From: Escherichia coli
GTDB lineage: Bacteria > Pseudomonadota > Gammaproteobacteria > Enterobacterales > Enterobacteriaceae
Length of the DNA: 64,000 nt
NCBI RefSeq assembly: GCF_003334405.1
Contig: NZ_QOWM01000002.1
Reading direction: 5' to 3' (one strand)
Of the stretch, positions 25,145 to 40,082 are shown piece by piece (the first letter of the stretch is position 1; each line of letters opens with the position of its first letter). The notes under the pieces are model-generated. The model saw only the letters and a program-made list of their open reading frames with translations. It ran no database searches and had not been told where the DNA came from. Position numbers and translations under genes: made by a program.

Positions 25145-25180
25145 TCGCGCCCTATTGTGAATATTTATAGCGCACTCTGA

Positions 25181-25806
<626 letters not shown>

Positions 25807-25932
25807 GTTTTTCGCGTCCCGGTAACGGATGAAAGCCCCGCAACACGTTGCGGGGCTTTTTACATTCGATAACCGGTAAAAATGCGCATGGTGCGACGTT
25901 AATCCGCAAATGCGCTTTGCAGGGAATACGGT

Positions 25933-26898
25933 ATGAAGCAGCAGGCAGGCATTGGCATTCTTTTGGCGCTCACCACAGCAATTTGCTGGGGGGCGTTGCC
26001 AATCGCAATGAAGCAGGTGCTGGAGGTGATGGAACCTCCGACAATCGTGTTTTACCGTTTCTTGATGGCGAGTATTGGCCTGGGTGCCATTCTTGCGGTG
26101 AAGAAGAGGTTGCCGCCATTACGCGTGTTTCGTAAGCCACGCTGGTTGATTTTGTTGGCAGTGGCGACCGCCGGGCTGTTTGGGAACTTCATCCTGTTCA
26201 GCTCATCCTTGCAATACCTGAGTCCGACCGCTTCGCAGGTGATTGGGCAACTCTCGCCAGTTGGCATGATGGTTGCCAGCGTATTTATCCTCAAAGAGAA
26301 AATGCGCAGCACTCAGGTTGTAGGGGCATTGATGCTCCTGAGCGGCCTGGTGATGTTTTTTAACACCAGTCTGGTCGAGATATTTACAAAGCTCACCGAT
26401 TACACCTGGGGAGTTATCTTTGGGGTCGGTGCGGCGACGGTTTGGGTGAGTTATGGCGTGGCGCAAAAGGTTTTATTGCGTCGGCTGGCCTCACCGCAGA
26501 TCCTGTTTTTACTGTACACTTTATGTACAATTGCGCTCTTCCCTCTGGCAAAGCCTGGAGTGATAGCGCAGCTTAGCCACTGGCAGCTCGCATGTTTAAT
26601 TTTTTGCGGACTGAATACCTTGGTAGGATATGGCGCCCTGGCGGAAGCGATGGCTCGCTGGCAGGCAGCGCAGGTGAGCGCGATCATCACGCTCACCCCA
26701 CTGTTTACGCTGTTTTTTTCAGATCTTTTATCACTGGCCTGGCCCGATTTCTTCGCCAGACCGATGTTAAACCTTTTAGGTTATCTCGGTGCGTTTGTCG
26801 TGGTTGCGGGCGCGATGTATTCCGCCATTGGTCATCGTATTTGGGGCGGATTACGTAAGCATACAACGGTGGTATCGCAACCCCGCGCAGGCGAATGA
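25933..26898 (+). CDS. yhbE: EamA/DMT-family inner membrane transporter YhbE
   Basis: 321 aa polytopic membrane ORF. Confidence 0.92.
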   Translation: MKQQAGIGILLALTTAICWGALPIAMKQVLEVMEPPTIVFYRFLMASIGLGAILAVKKRLPPLRVFRKPRWLILLAVATAGLFGNFILFSSSLQYLSPTASQVIGQLSPVGMMVASVFILKEKMRSTQVVGALMLLSGLVMFFNTSLVEIFTKLTDYTWGVIFGVGAATVWVSYGVAQKVLLRRLASPQILFLLYTLCTIALFPLAKPGVIAQLSHWQLACLIFCGLNTLVGYGALAEAMARWQAAQVSAIITLTPLFTLFFSDLLSLAWPDFFARPMLNLLGYLGAFVVVAGAMYSAIGHRIWGGLRKHTTVVSQPRAGE

Positions 26899-28086
<1,188 letters not shown>

Positions 28087-28110
28087 TCACTGATGATAAA
28101 CGCCAAATCA

Positions 28111-28209
<99 letters not shown>

Positions 28210-28241
28210 TAAACAAAGCGCACTTTGTCAATAATCTGAAG

Positions 28242-28269
28242 CCCCGGCCATGTGCCGGGGTTTCTTTTT
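28242..28269 (+). terminator. intrinsic terminator downstream of obgE
   Basis: CCCCGGC-CATGT-GCCGGGG hairpin followed by TTTCTTTTT. Confidence 0.7.
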
Positions 28270-28271
28270 GA

Positions 28272-29705
28272 CTAATTGTTCTGATAAATATCTTTATACA
28301 AACGGCTTTCAAAACGCACTAACGGAATACGGCGATTACGCTGATCCGCAGGTTCTACTGCATAGCCAGAAAGATATTGCACAAACGCCATTCGTTGCCC
28401 GCTCGCTGTGGTAATGAATCCCGCCAGGTTATATACCCCCTGCAACGAACCGGTTTTCGCTGAGACTTTTCCATCCACGCCCGCCTGATGCAGACCTGCA
28501 CGGTACTGCAAAGAGCCGTCATAGCCCGCCAGCGGCAGCATGGAGATAAAGTTAAGTTCATTGTCGTGTTGGGCAATGTATTGCAGCACCTGCATCATGG
28601 TGGCGGGGGCAATCAGGTTATGCCGCGAAAGCCCTGAACCATCGGCAATAATGGTGTTTCCAATATCGACACCGGCTTGCTGGCGCAGGATCTGACGCAC
28701 GGCGTCCGACCCGGCCCGCCATGTTCCAGGCACATTGAAGCGCGCATGGCCTATCATGCGGAAAACCGTATCGGCGATCATGTTGTCCGACTTTTTCAGC
28801 ATAATCTTAAGCAGATCGTGCAGCGGGGCCGACTGTTTACTGGCAACTACCGTTCCAGGTTCGTTAACCTGAGTCTGGCGCAGCAGTGTTCCGCTCCAGG
28901 TGATACCCGCCTGTTTTAACTCATCTTTCAGAATTGCACCGGCATAGCTGGCTCCATCCTGCACGGCAAAAGCCAACGGGAGCGGCTCAGAACGTTGTGG
29001 CAGGCATCCCGTCAGCGTAAAGCGGTTCAGGTCGCCTGGCACCACATCCAGTTCGCAGTATTGCGCTTCGGCAGAACCACGGGGGAGGGTGCGTACCTGG
29101 CTGAACATCGTAACGGGGTAATAAGATGCCACGCGTATAAAAGCCATATCACCAGGCTTTGGGGCACTGTAGAGCGAGACGGAGAAACAGTTGCGGTCAA
29201 CTATGGCGGCGGCAGGCGGAGCGCTAAAGCATTGTGTCATGTCATTCCATGGCCAGCCGGGGGCTTTATCGTGGCTGGCGAAAATGGAGGTATCTATCAA
29301 CACATTGCCATCGATTTGGTTGACGCCAGATTTTTTCAAAGTCGCGACCATATTGCGAATATCCTGACGTTTTAACGTCGGATCGGCACCAAATCGCGCC
29401 ACTAAGTCACCCTTAAGTACGCCGTTTTCCACATTGCCTTTGGTTTCAAGCGTCGTGGTAAAACGAAAATCGGGGCCGAGTTGAATCAACGCCGCCAGCG
29501 CAGTAATCACTTTCTGGGTACTGGCAGGCAGCGCCATCTGCTGACTGTGGTAATCAATAGCGGGGGCCGACGCGCCGACTTTTTGCACCATCAGGGCAAG
29601 GTTGGCACCAGCGGGGAGTTGAGTAATGTACTCATCAACATTTGCGGCCTGAACACTGAACGCTATACAGCTGGTCAATCCGATGATAAATCTGGAAAAT
29701 CGCAT
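28272..29705 (-). CDS. dacB: D-alanyl-D-alanine carboxypeptidase/endopeptidase PBP4
   Basis: 477 aa ORF with signal peptide and SxxK motif (STQK). Confidence 0.96.
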   Translation of the reverse strand: MRFSRFIIGLTSCIAFSVQAANVDEYITQLPAGANLALMVQKVGASAPAIDYHSQQMALPASTQKVITALAALIQLGPDFRFTTTLETKGNVENGVLKGDLVARFGADPTLKRQDIRNMVATLKKSGVNQIDGNVLIDTSIFASHDKAPGWPWNDMTQCFSAPPAAAIVDRNCFSVSLYSAPKPGDMAFIRVASYYPVTMFSQVRTLPRGSAEAQYCELDVVPGDLNRFTLTGCLPQRSEPLPLAFAVQDGASYAGAILKDELKQAGITWSGTLLRQTQVNEPGTVVASKQSAPLHDLLKIMLKKSDNMIADTVFRMIGHARFNVPGTWRAGSDAVRQILRQQAGVDIGNTIIADGSGLSRHNLIAPATMMQVLQYIAQHDNELNFISMLPLAGYDGSLQYRAGLHQAGVDGKVSAKTGSLQGVYNLAGFITTASGQRMAFVQYLSGYAVEPADQRNRRIPLVRFESRLYKDIYQNN

Positions 29706-29824
29706 AATCTCGCGCTAACAACCTGGAATCGAGCCGTCATACTACGGCGCAACGCCCTATAAAGTAAACGATGACCCTTCGGGAACTTCAGGGTAAAATG
29801 ACTATCAAAATGTGAATTGTAGCT

Positions 29825-29858
29825 GACCTGGGACTTGTACCCGGGTCGGTATTTTTTT
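29825..29858 (+). terminator. greA leader hairpin plus U-tract (attenuator; region of the reported GraL leader RNA)
   Basis: GACCTGGG-ACTTGTA-CCCGGGTC hairpin followed by TTTTTTT about 95 bp upstream of the greA ATG. Confidence 0.5.
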
Positions 29859-29952
29859 GCTTCTGGTCCCGGTAAGGAGTTATGCCGGGCAGGCCGAACA
29901 GCCGGGGTGGGTGAAGACTTGCCCTATCAGGAATATTCAAGAGGTATAACAA

Positions 29953-30429
<477 letters not shown>

Positions 30430-30584
30430 GAATTACCCAATACTCAAGATGTTGATGTATTGTAAAGAAAGGAAAAAGGCCGCTATGCGGCCTTTTATCA
30501 ACGAACAGAGCGTGGCATTTTGCTCTCCTGCCTGCGGAAAACCCCTCGTTTTACACAGCAAATGTGTGTAACTTTAGGATAATC

Positions 30585-30878
30585 TTAGCGTGGCAGCGAG
30601 ATTTTACGTTCTTTAGTTGGGCGATAAAGCACCAGCGTTTTACCGATGACCTGTACATTACAGGCGCCGGTTTCGCGCACGATAGCTTCCACGATCAAGG
30701 TTTTAGTTTCGCGATCTTCGGTGGCGATTTTCACCTTGATGAGTTCATGGTGCTCTAACGCTTGTTCAATCTCGGCCAGCACCCCTTCGGTCAAACCATT
30801 ACTGCCAAGCAGAACAACTGGCTTGAGCGGATGTGCCAGACCTTTCAGGTGCTGTTTTTGTTTAGTACTCAGATTCAT
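30585..30878 (-). CDS. yhbY: ribosome assembly RNA-binding protein YhbY (CRS1/YhbY domain)
   Basis: 97 aa ORF MNLSTKQKQHLKGLAHPLKPVVLLG... Confidence 0.95.
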   Translation of the reverse strand: MNLSTKQKQHLKGLAHPLKPVVLLGSNGLTEGVLAEIEQALEHHELIKVKIATEDRETKTLIVEAIVRETGACNVQVIGKTLVLYRPTKERKISLPR

Positions 30879-31003
30879 CGTATTTTTTGCTTACGTTGGG
30901 ATTGAAAACGGGTCATTCTACCGCCATCTCCCATATATCACCAAATAGGCGCGTAAAAATTTACGCAATTGGTTACGATGAGTTATCCCCATGGGAAAGT
31001 TAA

Positions 31004-31633
31004 ATGACAGGTAAGAAGCGTTCTGCCAGCTCCAGCCGCTGGCTTCAGGAACACTTTAGCGATAAATATGTTCAACAGGCACAGAAAAAGGGGTTACGTT
31101 CCCGTGCCTGGTTTAAACTTGATGAAATACAGCAAAGTGACAAACTCTTTAAACCGGGAATGACGGTTGTCGACCTTGGTGCTGCTCCGGGTGGTTGGTC
31201 ACAATATGTGGTCACCCAAATTGGCGGCAAAGGCCGCATCATCGCTTGCGATCTTTTACCTATGGATCCTATCGTTGGTGTGGACTTTCTTCAGGGCGAT
31301 TTTCGTGATGAACTGGTGATGAAAGCACTGCTGGAGCGCGTTGGCGACAGCAAAGTCCAGGTTGTCATGTCCGATATGGCACCAAACATGAGCGGAACAC
31401 CGGCGGTGGATATCCCCCGTGCCATGTATCTGGTGGAACTGGCGCTAGAAATGTGTCGTGATGTATTAGCGCCAGGTGGCAGTTTTGTAGTGAAGGTGTT
31501 CCAGGGCGAAGGTTTCGATGAGTATCTAAGGGAAATTCGCTCCCTGTTTACGAAGGTCAAAGTTCGTAAGCCGGACTCTTCTCGTGCACGTTCGCGGGAA
31601 GTGTATATTGTAGCGACCGGGCGTAAACCCTAA
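31004..31633 (+). CDS. rlmE: 23S rRNA 2'-O-ribose U2552 methyltransferase RlmE (FtsJ/RrmJ)
   Basis: 209 aa ORF with SAM-binding motif [13 protein letters not shown]. Confidence 0.97.
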
Positions 31634-31732
31634 CCGGGAGATTTCAGACGAAAGTTTGAAAGATGCTGGATATAGAGTATCCTGACGCTGTTTTTAACAC
31701 AGTTGTAATAAGAGGTTAATCCCTTGAGTGAC

Positions 31733-33667
31733 ATGGCGAAAAACCTAATACTCTGGCTGGTCATTGCCGTTGTGCTGATGTCAGTATTCCAGAGCTTTGG
31801 GCCCAGCGAGTCTAATGGCCGTAAGGTGGATTACTCTACCTTCCTACAAGAGGTCAATAACGACCAGGTTCGTGAAGCGCGTATCAACGGACGTGAAATC
31901 AACGTTACCAAGAAAGATAGTAACCGTTATACCACTTACATTCCGGTTCAGGATCCGAAATTACTGGATAACCTGTTGACCAAGAACGTCAAGGTTGTCG
32001 GTGAACCGCCTGAAGAACCAAGCCTGCTGGCTTCTATCTTCATCTCCTGGTTCCCGATGCTGTTGCTGATTGGTGTCTGGATCTTCTTCATGCGTCAAAT
32101 GCAGGGCGGCGGTGGCAAAGGTGCCATGTCGTTTGGTAAGAGCAAAGCGCGCATGCTGACGGAAGATCAGATCAAAACGACCTTTGCTGACGTTGCGGGC
32201 TGCGACGAAGCAAAAGAAGAAGTTGCTGAACTGGTTGAGTATCTGCGCGAGCCGAGCCGCTTCCAGAAACTCGGCGGTAAGATCCCGAAAGGCGTCTTGA
32301 TGGTCGGTCCTCCGGGTACCGGTAAAACGCTGCTGGCGAAAGCGATTGCAGGCGAAGCGAAAGTTCCGTTCTTTACTATCTCCGGTTCTGACTTCGTAGA
32401 AATGTTCGTCGGTGTGGGTGCATCCCGTGTTCGTGACATGTTCGAACAGGCGAAGAAAGCGGCACCGTGCATCATCTTTATCGATGAAATCGACGCCGTA
32501 GGCCGCCAGCGTGGCGCTGGTCTGGGCGGTGGTCACGATGAACGTGAACAGACTCTGAACCAGATGCTGGTTGAGATGGATGGCTTCGAAGGTAACGAAG
32601 GTATCATCGTTATCGCCGCGACTAACCGTCCGGACGTTCTCGACCCGGCCCTGCTGCGTCCTGGCCGTTTCGACCGTCAGGTTGTGGTCGGCTTGCCAGA
32701 TGTTCGCGGTCGTGAGCAGATCCTGAAAGTTCACATGCGTCGCGTACCATTGGCACCCGATATCGACGCGGCAATCATTGCCCGTGGTACTCCTGGTTTC
32801 TCCGGTGCTGACCTGGCGAACCTGGTGAACGAAGCGGCACTGTTCGCTGCTCGTGGCAACAAACGCGTTGTGTCGATGGTTGAGTTCGAGAAAGCGAAAG
32901 ACAAAATCATGATGGGTGCGGAACGTCGCTCCATGGTGATGACGGAAGCGCAGAAAGAATCGACGGCTTACCACGAAGCGGGTCATGCGATTATCGGTCG
33001 CCTGGTGCCGGAACACGATCCGGTGCACAAAGTGACGATTATCCCACGCGGTCGTGCGCTGGGTGTGACTTTCTTCTTGCCTGAGGGCGACGCAATCAGC
33101 GCCAGCCGTCAGAAACTGGAAAGCCAGATTTCTACGCTGTACGGTGGTCGTCTGGCAGAAGAGATCATCTACGGGCCGGAACATGTATCTACCGGTGCGT
33201 CCAACGATATTAAAGTTGCGACCAACCTGGCACGTAACATGGTGACTCAGTGGGGCTTCTCTGAGAAATTGGGTCCACTGCTGTACGCGGAAGAAGAAGG
33301 TGAAGTGTTCCTCGGCCGTAGCGTAGCGAAAGCGAAACATATGTCCGATGAAACTGCACGTATCATCGACCAGGAAGTGAAAGCACTGATTGAGCGTAAC
33401 TATAATCGTGCGCGTCAGCTTCTGACCGACAATATGGATATTCTGCATGCGATGAAAGATGCTCTCATGAAATATGAGACTATCGACGCACCGCAGATTG
33501 ATGACCTGATGGCACGTCGCGATGTACGTCCGCCAGCGGGCTGGGAAGAACCAGGCGCTTCTAACAATTCTGGCGACAATGGTAGTCCAAAGGCTCCTCG
33601 TCCGGTTGATGAACCGCGTACGCCGAACCCGGGTAACACCATGTCAGAGCAGTTAGGCGACAAGTAA
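31733..33667 (+). CDS. ftsH: ATP-dependent zinc metalloprotease FtsH
   Basis: Track ORF 31724..33667 (TTG); ATG at 31733 gives 644 aa [10 protein letters not shown]...; Walker [14 protein letters not shown] zinc motif. Confidence 0.96.
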
Positions 33668-33756
33668 GTTCCCGCATCAGATGACTGTATTTGTACCGAA
33701 AACCCCGGGGCGTGCTCCGGGGTTTTTTCTTATCAATTCATACCAGGGATAACATC

Positions 33757-34605
33757 ATGAAACTCTTTGCCCAGGGTACTTCACTGGACCTTAGCCATCC
33801 TCACGTAATGGGGATCCTCAACGTCACGCCTGATTCCTTTTCGGATGGTGGCACGCATAACTCGCTGATAGATGCGGTGAAACATGCGAATCTGATGATC
33901 AACGCTGGCGCGACGATCATTGACGTTGGTGGCGAGTCCACGCGCCCAGGGGCGGCGGAAGTTAGCGTTGAAGAAGAGTTGCAACGTGTTATTCCTGTGG
34001 TTGAGGCAATTGCTCAACGCTTCGAAGTCTGGATCTCAGTCGATACATCCAAACCAGAAGTCATCCGTGAGTCAGCGAAAGTTGGCGCTCACATTATTAA
34101 TGATATCCGCTCCCTTTCCGAACCTGGCGCTCTGGAGGCGGCTGCAGAAACCGGTTTACCGGTTTGTCTGATGCATATGCAGGGAAATCCAAAAACCATG
34201 CAGGAAGCTCCGAAGTATGACGATGTCTTTGCAGAAGTGAATCGCTACTTTATTGAGCAAATAGCACGTTGCGAGCAGGCGGGTATCGCAAAAGAGAAAT
34301 TGTTGCTCGACCCCGGATTCGGTTTCGGTAAAAATCTCTCCCATAACTATTCATTACTGGCGCGCCTGGCTGAATTTCACCATTTCAACCTGCCGCTGTT
34401 GGTGGGTATGTCACGAAAATCGATGATTGGGCAGCTGCTGAACGTGGGGCCGTCCGAGCGCCTGAGCGGTAGTCTGGCCTGTGCGGTCATTGCCGCAATG
34501 CAAGGCGCGCACATCATTCGTGTTCATGACGTCAAAGAAACCGTAGAAGCGATGCGGGTGGTGGAAGCCACTCTGTCTGCAAAGGAAAACAAACGCTATG
34601 AGTAA
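33757..34605 (+). CDS. folP: dihydropteroate synthase
   Basis: Track ORF 33691..34605; ATG at 33757 gives 282 aa [12 protein letters not shown]... Confidence 0.94.
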
Positions 34606-35935
34606 TCGTAAATATTTCGGTACCGATGGGATTCGTGGTCGTGTAGGGGATGCGCCGATCACACCTGATTTTGTGCTTAAGCTGGGTTGGGCCGCGGGTA
34701 AAGTGCTGGCGCGCCACGGCTCCCGTAAGATTATTATTGGTAAAGACACGCGTATTTCTGGCTATATGCTGGAGTCAGCACTGGAAGCGGGTCTGGCGGC
34801 AGCGGGCCTTTCCGCACTCTTCACTGGCCCGATGCCAACACCGGCCGTGGCTTATCTGACGCGTACCTTCCGCGCAGAGGCCGGAATTGTGATATCTGCA
34901 TCGCATAACCCGTTCTACGATAATGGCATTAAATTCTTCTCTATCGACGGCACCAAACTGCCGGATGCGGTAGAAGAGGCCATCGAAGCGGAAATGGAAA
35001 AGGAGATCAGCTGCGTTGATTCGGCAGAACTGGGTAAAGCCAGCCGTATCGTTGATGCCGCGGGTCGCTATATCGAGTTTTGCAAAGCCACGTTCCCGAA
35101 CGAACTTAGCCTCAGTGAACTGAAGATTGTGGTGGATTGTGCAAACGGTGCGACTTATCACATCGCGCCGAACGTGCTGCGCGAACTGGGGGCGAACGTT
35201 ATCGCTATCGGTTGTGAGCCAAACGGTGTAAACATCAATGCCGAAGTGGGGGCTACCGACGTTCGCGCGCTCCAGGCTCGTGTGCTGGCTGAAAAAGCGG
35301 ATCTCGGTATTGCCTTCGACGGCGATGGCGATCGCGTGATTATGGTTGACCATGAAGGCAATAAAGTCGATGGCGATCAGATCATGTATATCATCGCGCG
35401 TGAAGGTCTTCGTCAGGGCCAGCTGCGTGGTGGCGCTGTGGGTACATTGATGAGCAACATGGGGCTTGAACTGGCGCTGAAACAGTTAGGAATTCCATTT
35501 GCGCGCGCGAAAGTGGGTGACCGCTACGTACTGGAAAAAATGCAGGAGAAAGGCTGGCGTATCGGTGCAGAGAATTCCGGTCATGTGATCCTGCTGGATA
35601 AAACTACTACCGGTGACGGCATCGTTGCTGGCTTGCAGGTGCTGGCGGCGATGGCACGTAACCATATGAGCCTGCACGACCTTTGCAGCGGCATGAAAAT
35701 GTTCCCGCAGATTCTGGTTAACGTACGTTACACCGCAGGTAGCGGCGATCCACTTGAGCATGAGTCAGTTAAAGCCGTGACCGCAGAGGTTGAAGCTGCG
35801 CTGGGCAACCGTGGACGCGTGTTGCTGCGTAAATCCGGCACCGAACCGTTAATTCGCGTGATGGTGGAAGGCGAAGACGAAGCGCAGGTGACTGAATTTG
35901 CACACCGCATCGCCGATGCAGTAAAAGCCGTTTAA
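34598..35935 (+). CDS. glmM: phosphoglucosamine mutase
   Basis: 445 aa ORF; active-site region [10 protein letters not shown]; 8-nt overlap with folP. Confidence 0.97.
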
Positions 35936-36162
35936 AGCGTTAGATAACTGGCTAAAAAGGCGGCGATTGTCGCCTTTTTTCTCAGCGAACACATCGGTTT
36001 TGCTGTTTTTTTCCGCAGTTGATACAATGCGATAAAATTGCCCTTGCGAAGGTCATTCGCTTTGGTTAGTATTCACACCCGCTTCAGTGGGAAAGATTAA
36101 AAACTCCCGCTTTATTGGTTGAAGCATTGGTACGCGGCAACTCCGCAAGGAACAGGTTGATT

Positions 36163-36495
36163 ATGTATGAAGCTCTTTTAGTAGTTTTCCTTATTGTGGC
36201 AATTGGCCTTGTTGGTCTGATCATGCTGCAGCAAGGTAAAGGCGCTGATATGGGAGCCTCCTTCGGAGCAGGCGCTTCCGCTACGCTGTTTGGTTCAAGT
36301 GGTTCTGGTAACTTCATGACCCGCATGACGGCGCTGCTGGCAACGTTATTCTTCATCATCAGTCTGGTGCTGGGTAACATCAATAGCAACAAAACCAATA
36401 AAGGTAGCGAATGGGAAAATCTGAGTGCACCGGCGAAAACCGAACAAACTCAGCCAGCTGCTCCGGCTAAGCCGACCAGCGATATCCCGAACTAA
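36163..36495 (+). CDS. secG: protein translocase subunit SecG
   Basis: Track ORF 36115..36495; ATG at 36163 gives 110 aa MYEALLVVFLIVAIG... Confidence 0.94.
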   Translation: MYEALLVVFLIVAIGLVGLIMLQQGKGADMGASFGAGASATLFGSSGSGNFMTRMTALLATLFFIISLVLGNINSNKTNKGSEWENLSAPAKTEQTQPAAPAKPTSDIPN

Positions 36496-36509
36496 AAAGT
36501 AGTATCCGT

Positions 36510-36596
36510 GCCGAGGTGGTGGAATTGGTAGACACGCTACCTTGAGGTGGTAGTGCCCAATAGGGCTTACGGGTTCAAGTCCCGTCCTCGGTACCA
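36510..36596 (+). tRNA. leuU: tRNA-Leu (anticodon GAG)
   Basis: GCCGAGGTGGTGGAATTGGTAGACACGCTACCTTGAGGTGGTAGTGCCC...GGTACCA: long variable arm, GAG anticodon, encoded CCA. Confidence 0.95.
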
Positions 36597-36604
36597 AATT
36601 CCAG

Positions 36605-36638
36605 AAAAGAGACGCTGAAAAGCGTCTTTTTTCGTTTT
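36605..36638 (+). terminator. intrinsic terminator downstream of secG-leuU
   Basis: AGACGCT-GAAA-AGCGTCT hairpin followed by TTTTTTCGTTTT. Confidence 0.75.
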
Positions 36639-37054
36639 GGTCCTGGTCTGAGGAATGGTTGTCAGGTATCTGTATCTCGTCCAGTTGCTTTACTCGTAGC
36701 TGGTACCTTGAAACGATGGTGCCGGTACGCCTTAGTTATAAATTTTTCCCTTCTACTGACATAATTGGCACTTTATTGTGTCAACTCCAGTTCCGGTACG
36801 AATACGGATATGTTTACTTCTCGATAAACCATCCTGCTCCTGTCAGTATAACGACTGATGGCTACGTTCTGCGTAATGTTTAGAGACGCATTGATAATGT
36901 TATTTAATTACTGAGAACGCAATGGCCGCATCATTTAAAAAGAAAAAACTAACAGTGTTTCGTTCTGATATGGATCAGAGTTGAAAAACATGTCTGATAT
37001 AAAATTAAACATTGTTGATAATTGTTTATATTGGTTGTGAACTTGGATTTCTGG

Positions 37055-38680
37055 ATGACAGTATTCAACAAATTTGCTAGAACTTTTAAATCTCATTGGT
37101 TGTTGTATCTTTGTGTTATTGTTTTTGGTATTACGAACTTAGTCGCTTCTTCCGGAGCGCATATGGTTCAGCGCTTGCTGTTCTTCGTTCTGACCATCCT
37201 GGTTGTAAAACGTATATCATCCCTTCCGCTTCGCCTGCTTGTTGCCGCACCATTTGTGTTACTGACTGCGGCAGACATGAGTATTAGCCTCTATTCATGG
37301 TGTACCTTTGGTACAACTTTCAATGATGGATTTGCGATTAGTGTGCTCCAGAGTGATCCGGATGAAGTTGTCAAAATGCTGGGGATGTATATCCCTTATC
37401 TATGTGCCTTTGCTTTTTTATCCCTTCTTTTTTTGGCAGTAATAATAAAATATGATGTTTCCTTGCCGACAAAAAAAGTGACAGGAATATTATTGCTGAT
37501 TGTCATTTCGGGCAGTTTATTTTCCGCTTGTCAATTTGCTTATAAAGATGCAAAAAATAAAAAAGCGTTCAGTCCATATATACTAGCGTCGCGATTTGCT
37601 ACCTATACGCCGTTTTTCAATCTCAACTATTTTGCTTTAGCAGCGAAAGAGCATCAAAGATTACTCTCAATTGCAAACACGGTGCCGTATTTTCAATTAT
37701 CAGTCAGGGATACAGGTATTGATACCTACGTGTTGATTGTGGGGGAGTCTGTACGTGTCGACAATATGTCTTTGTATGGATATACACGCTCTACGACACC
37801 GCAAGTTGAAGCACAAAGAAAACAGATCAAACTGTTTAATCAAGCAATAAGCGGCGCACCTTACACTGCGCTGTCGGTTCCCCTTTCTTTAACTGCTGAT
37901 TCTGTTTTGAGTCATGACATTCATAATTACCCCGACAACATTATTAATATGGCTAATCAAGCAGGATTTCAGACTTTCTGGCTAAGCTCGCAATCCGCTT
38001 TTCGGCAGAATGGTACAGCAGTTACCAGTATCGCCATGCGCGCCATGGAAACAGTTTATGTCAGAGGATTTGATGAATTGTTGTTGCCGCATTTATCGCA
38101 AGCATTACAGCAAAATACGCAGCAAAAGAAACTGATTGTTCTTCATTTAAATGGAAGCCATGAACCGGCTTGTAGCGCCTATCCGCAATCCAGCGCCGTG
38201 TTTCAACCGCAGGACGATCAGGATGCCTGCTATGACAACTCCATTCATTACACAGATAGTTTGCTAGGTCAGGTTTTTGAATTATTAAAAGATCGCCGCG
38301 CCTCGGTCATGTATTTTGCCGACCACGGCCTGGAACGTGACCCTACGAAGAAGAACGTCTATTTTCATGGAGGCAGGGAGGCTAGCCAGCAGGCATATCA
38401 TGTCCCGATGTTTATCTGGTATAGCCCCGTTCTTGGGGATGGCGTGGATCGCACAACGGAAAACAACATCTTTTCGACAGCTTACAATAATTACCTTATT
38501 AATGCGTGGATGGGGGTAACAAAGCCGGAACAGCCGCAAACGCTTGAGGAAGTGATTGCACACTATAAAGGAGACTCACGGGTTGTGGATGCAAACCATG
38601 ATGTTTTCGATTATGTGATGCTCAGAAAGGAGTTTACAGAGGATAAGCAAGGTAACCCCACCCCTGAAGGGCAGGGTTGA
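37055..38680 (+). CDS. yhbX: EptA/EptB-family (sulfatase-like) putative phosphoethanolamine transferase YhbX
   Basis: Track ORF 37022..38680; ATG at 37055 gives 541 aa MTVFNKFARTFKS...; N-terminal TM helices plus sulfatase-type domain; markedly AT-rich. Confidence 0.9.
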   Translation: MTVFNKFARTFKSHWLLYLCVIVFGITNLVASSGAHMVQRLLFFVLTILVVKRISSLPLRLLVAAPFVLLTAADMSISLYSWCTFGTTFNDGFAISVLQSDPDEVVKMLGMYIPYLCAFAFLSLLFLAVIIKYDVSLPTKKVTGILLLIVISGSLFSACQFAYKDAKNKKAFSPYILASRFATYTPFFNLNYFALAAKEHQRLLSIANTVPYFQLSVRDTGIDTYVLIVGESVRVDNMSLYGYTRSTTPQVEAQRKQIKLFNQAISGAPYTALSVPLSLTADSVLSHDIHNYPDNIINMANQAGFQTFWLSSQSAFRQNGTAVTSIAMRAMETVYVRGFDELLLPHLSQALQQNTQQKKLIVLHLNGSHEPACSAYPQSSAVFQPQDDQDACYDNSIHYTDSLLGQVFELLKDRRASVMYFADHGLERDPTKKNVYFHGGREASQQAYHVPMFIWYSPVLGDGVDRTTENNIFSTAYNNYLINAWMGVTKPEQPQTLEEVIAHYKGDSRVVDANHDVFDYVMLRKEFTEDKQGNPTPEGQG

Positions 38681-38687
38681 TGTCGAA

Positions 38688-40046
<1,359 letters not shown>

Positions 40047-40082
40047 TTAATTAACTGATGATGAGCCTGGATTTCCGCTCTC

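Noticed and set aside
30901-30936. Sigma-32 heat-shock promoter upstream of rlmE-ftsH
   Set aside because: TTGAAA and CCCATAT-like hexamers are present, but the spacing I counted (about 21 bp) is longer than expected, so I could not place the known heat-shock promoter confidently.
31961-33448. 495-codon ORF antisense to ftsH
   Set aside because: Lies wholly inside and opposite a highly expressed, codon-biased gene; long stop-free antisense frames are a known by-product of codon bias; no independent start or RBS context.
36659-36883. 74-codon ORF in the leuU-yhbX spacer
   Set aside because: No RBS, atypical composition, and the translated sequence looks like random AT-rich DNA; retained only as part of the AT-rich-spacer finding.
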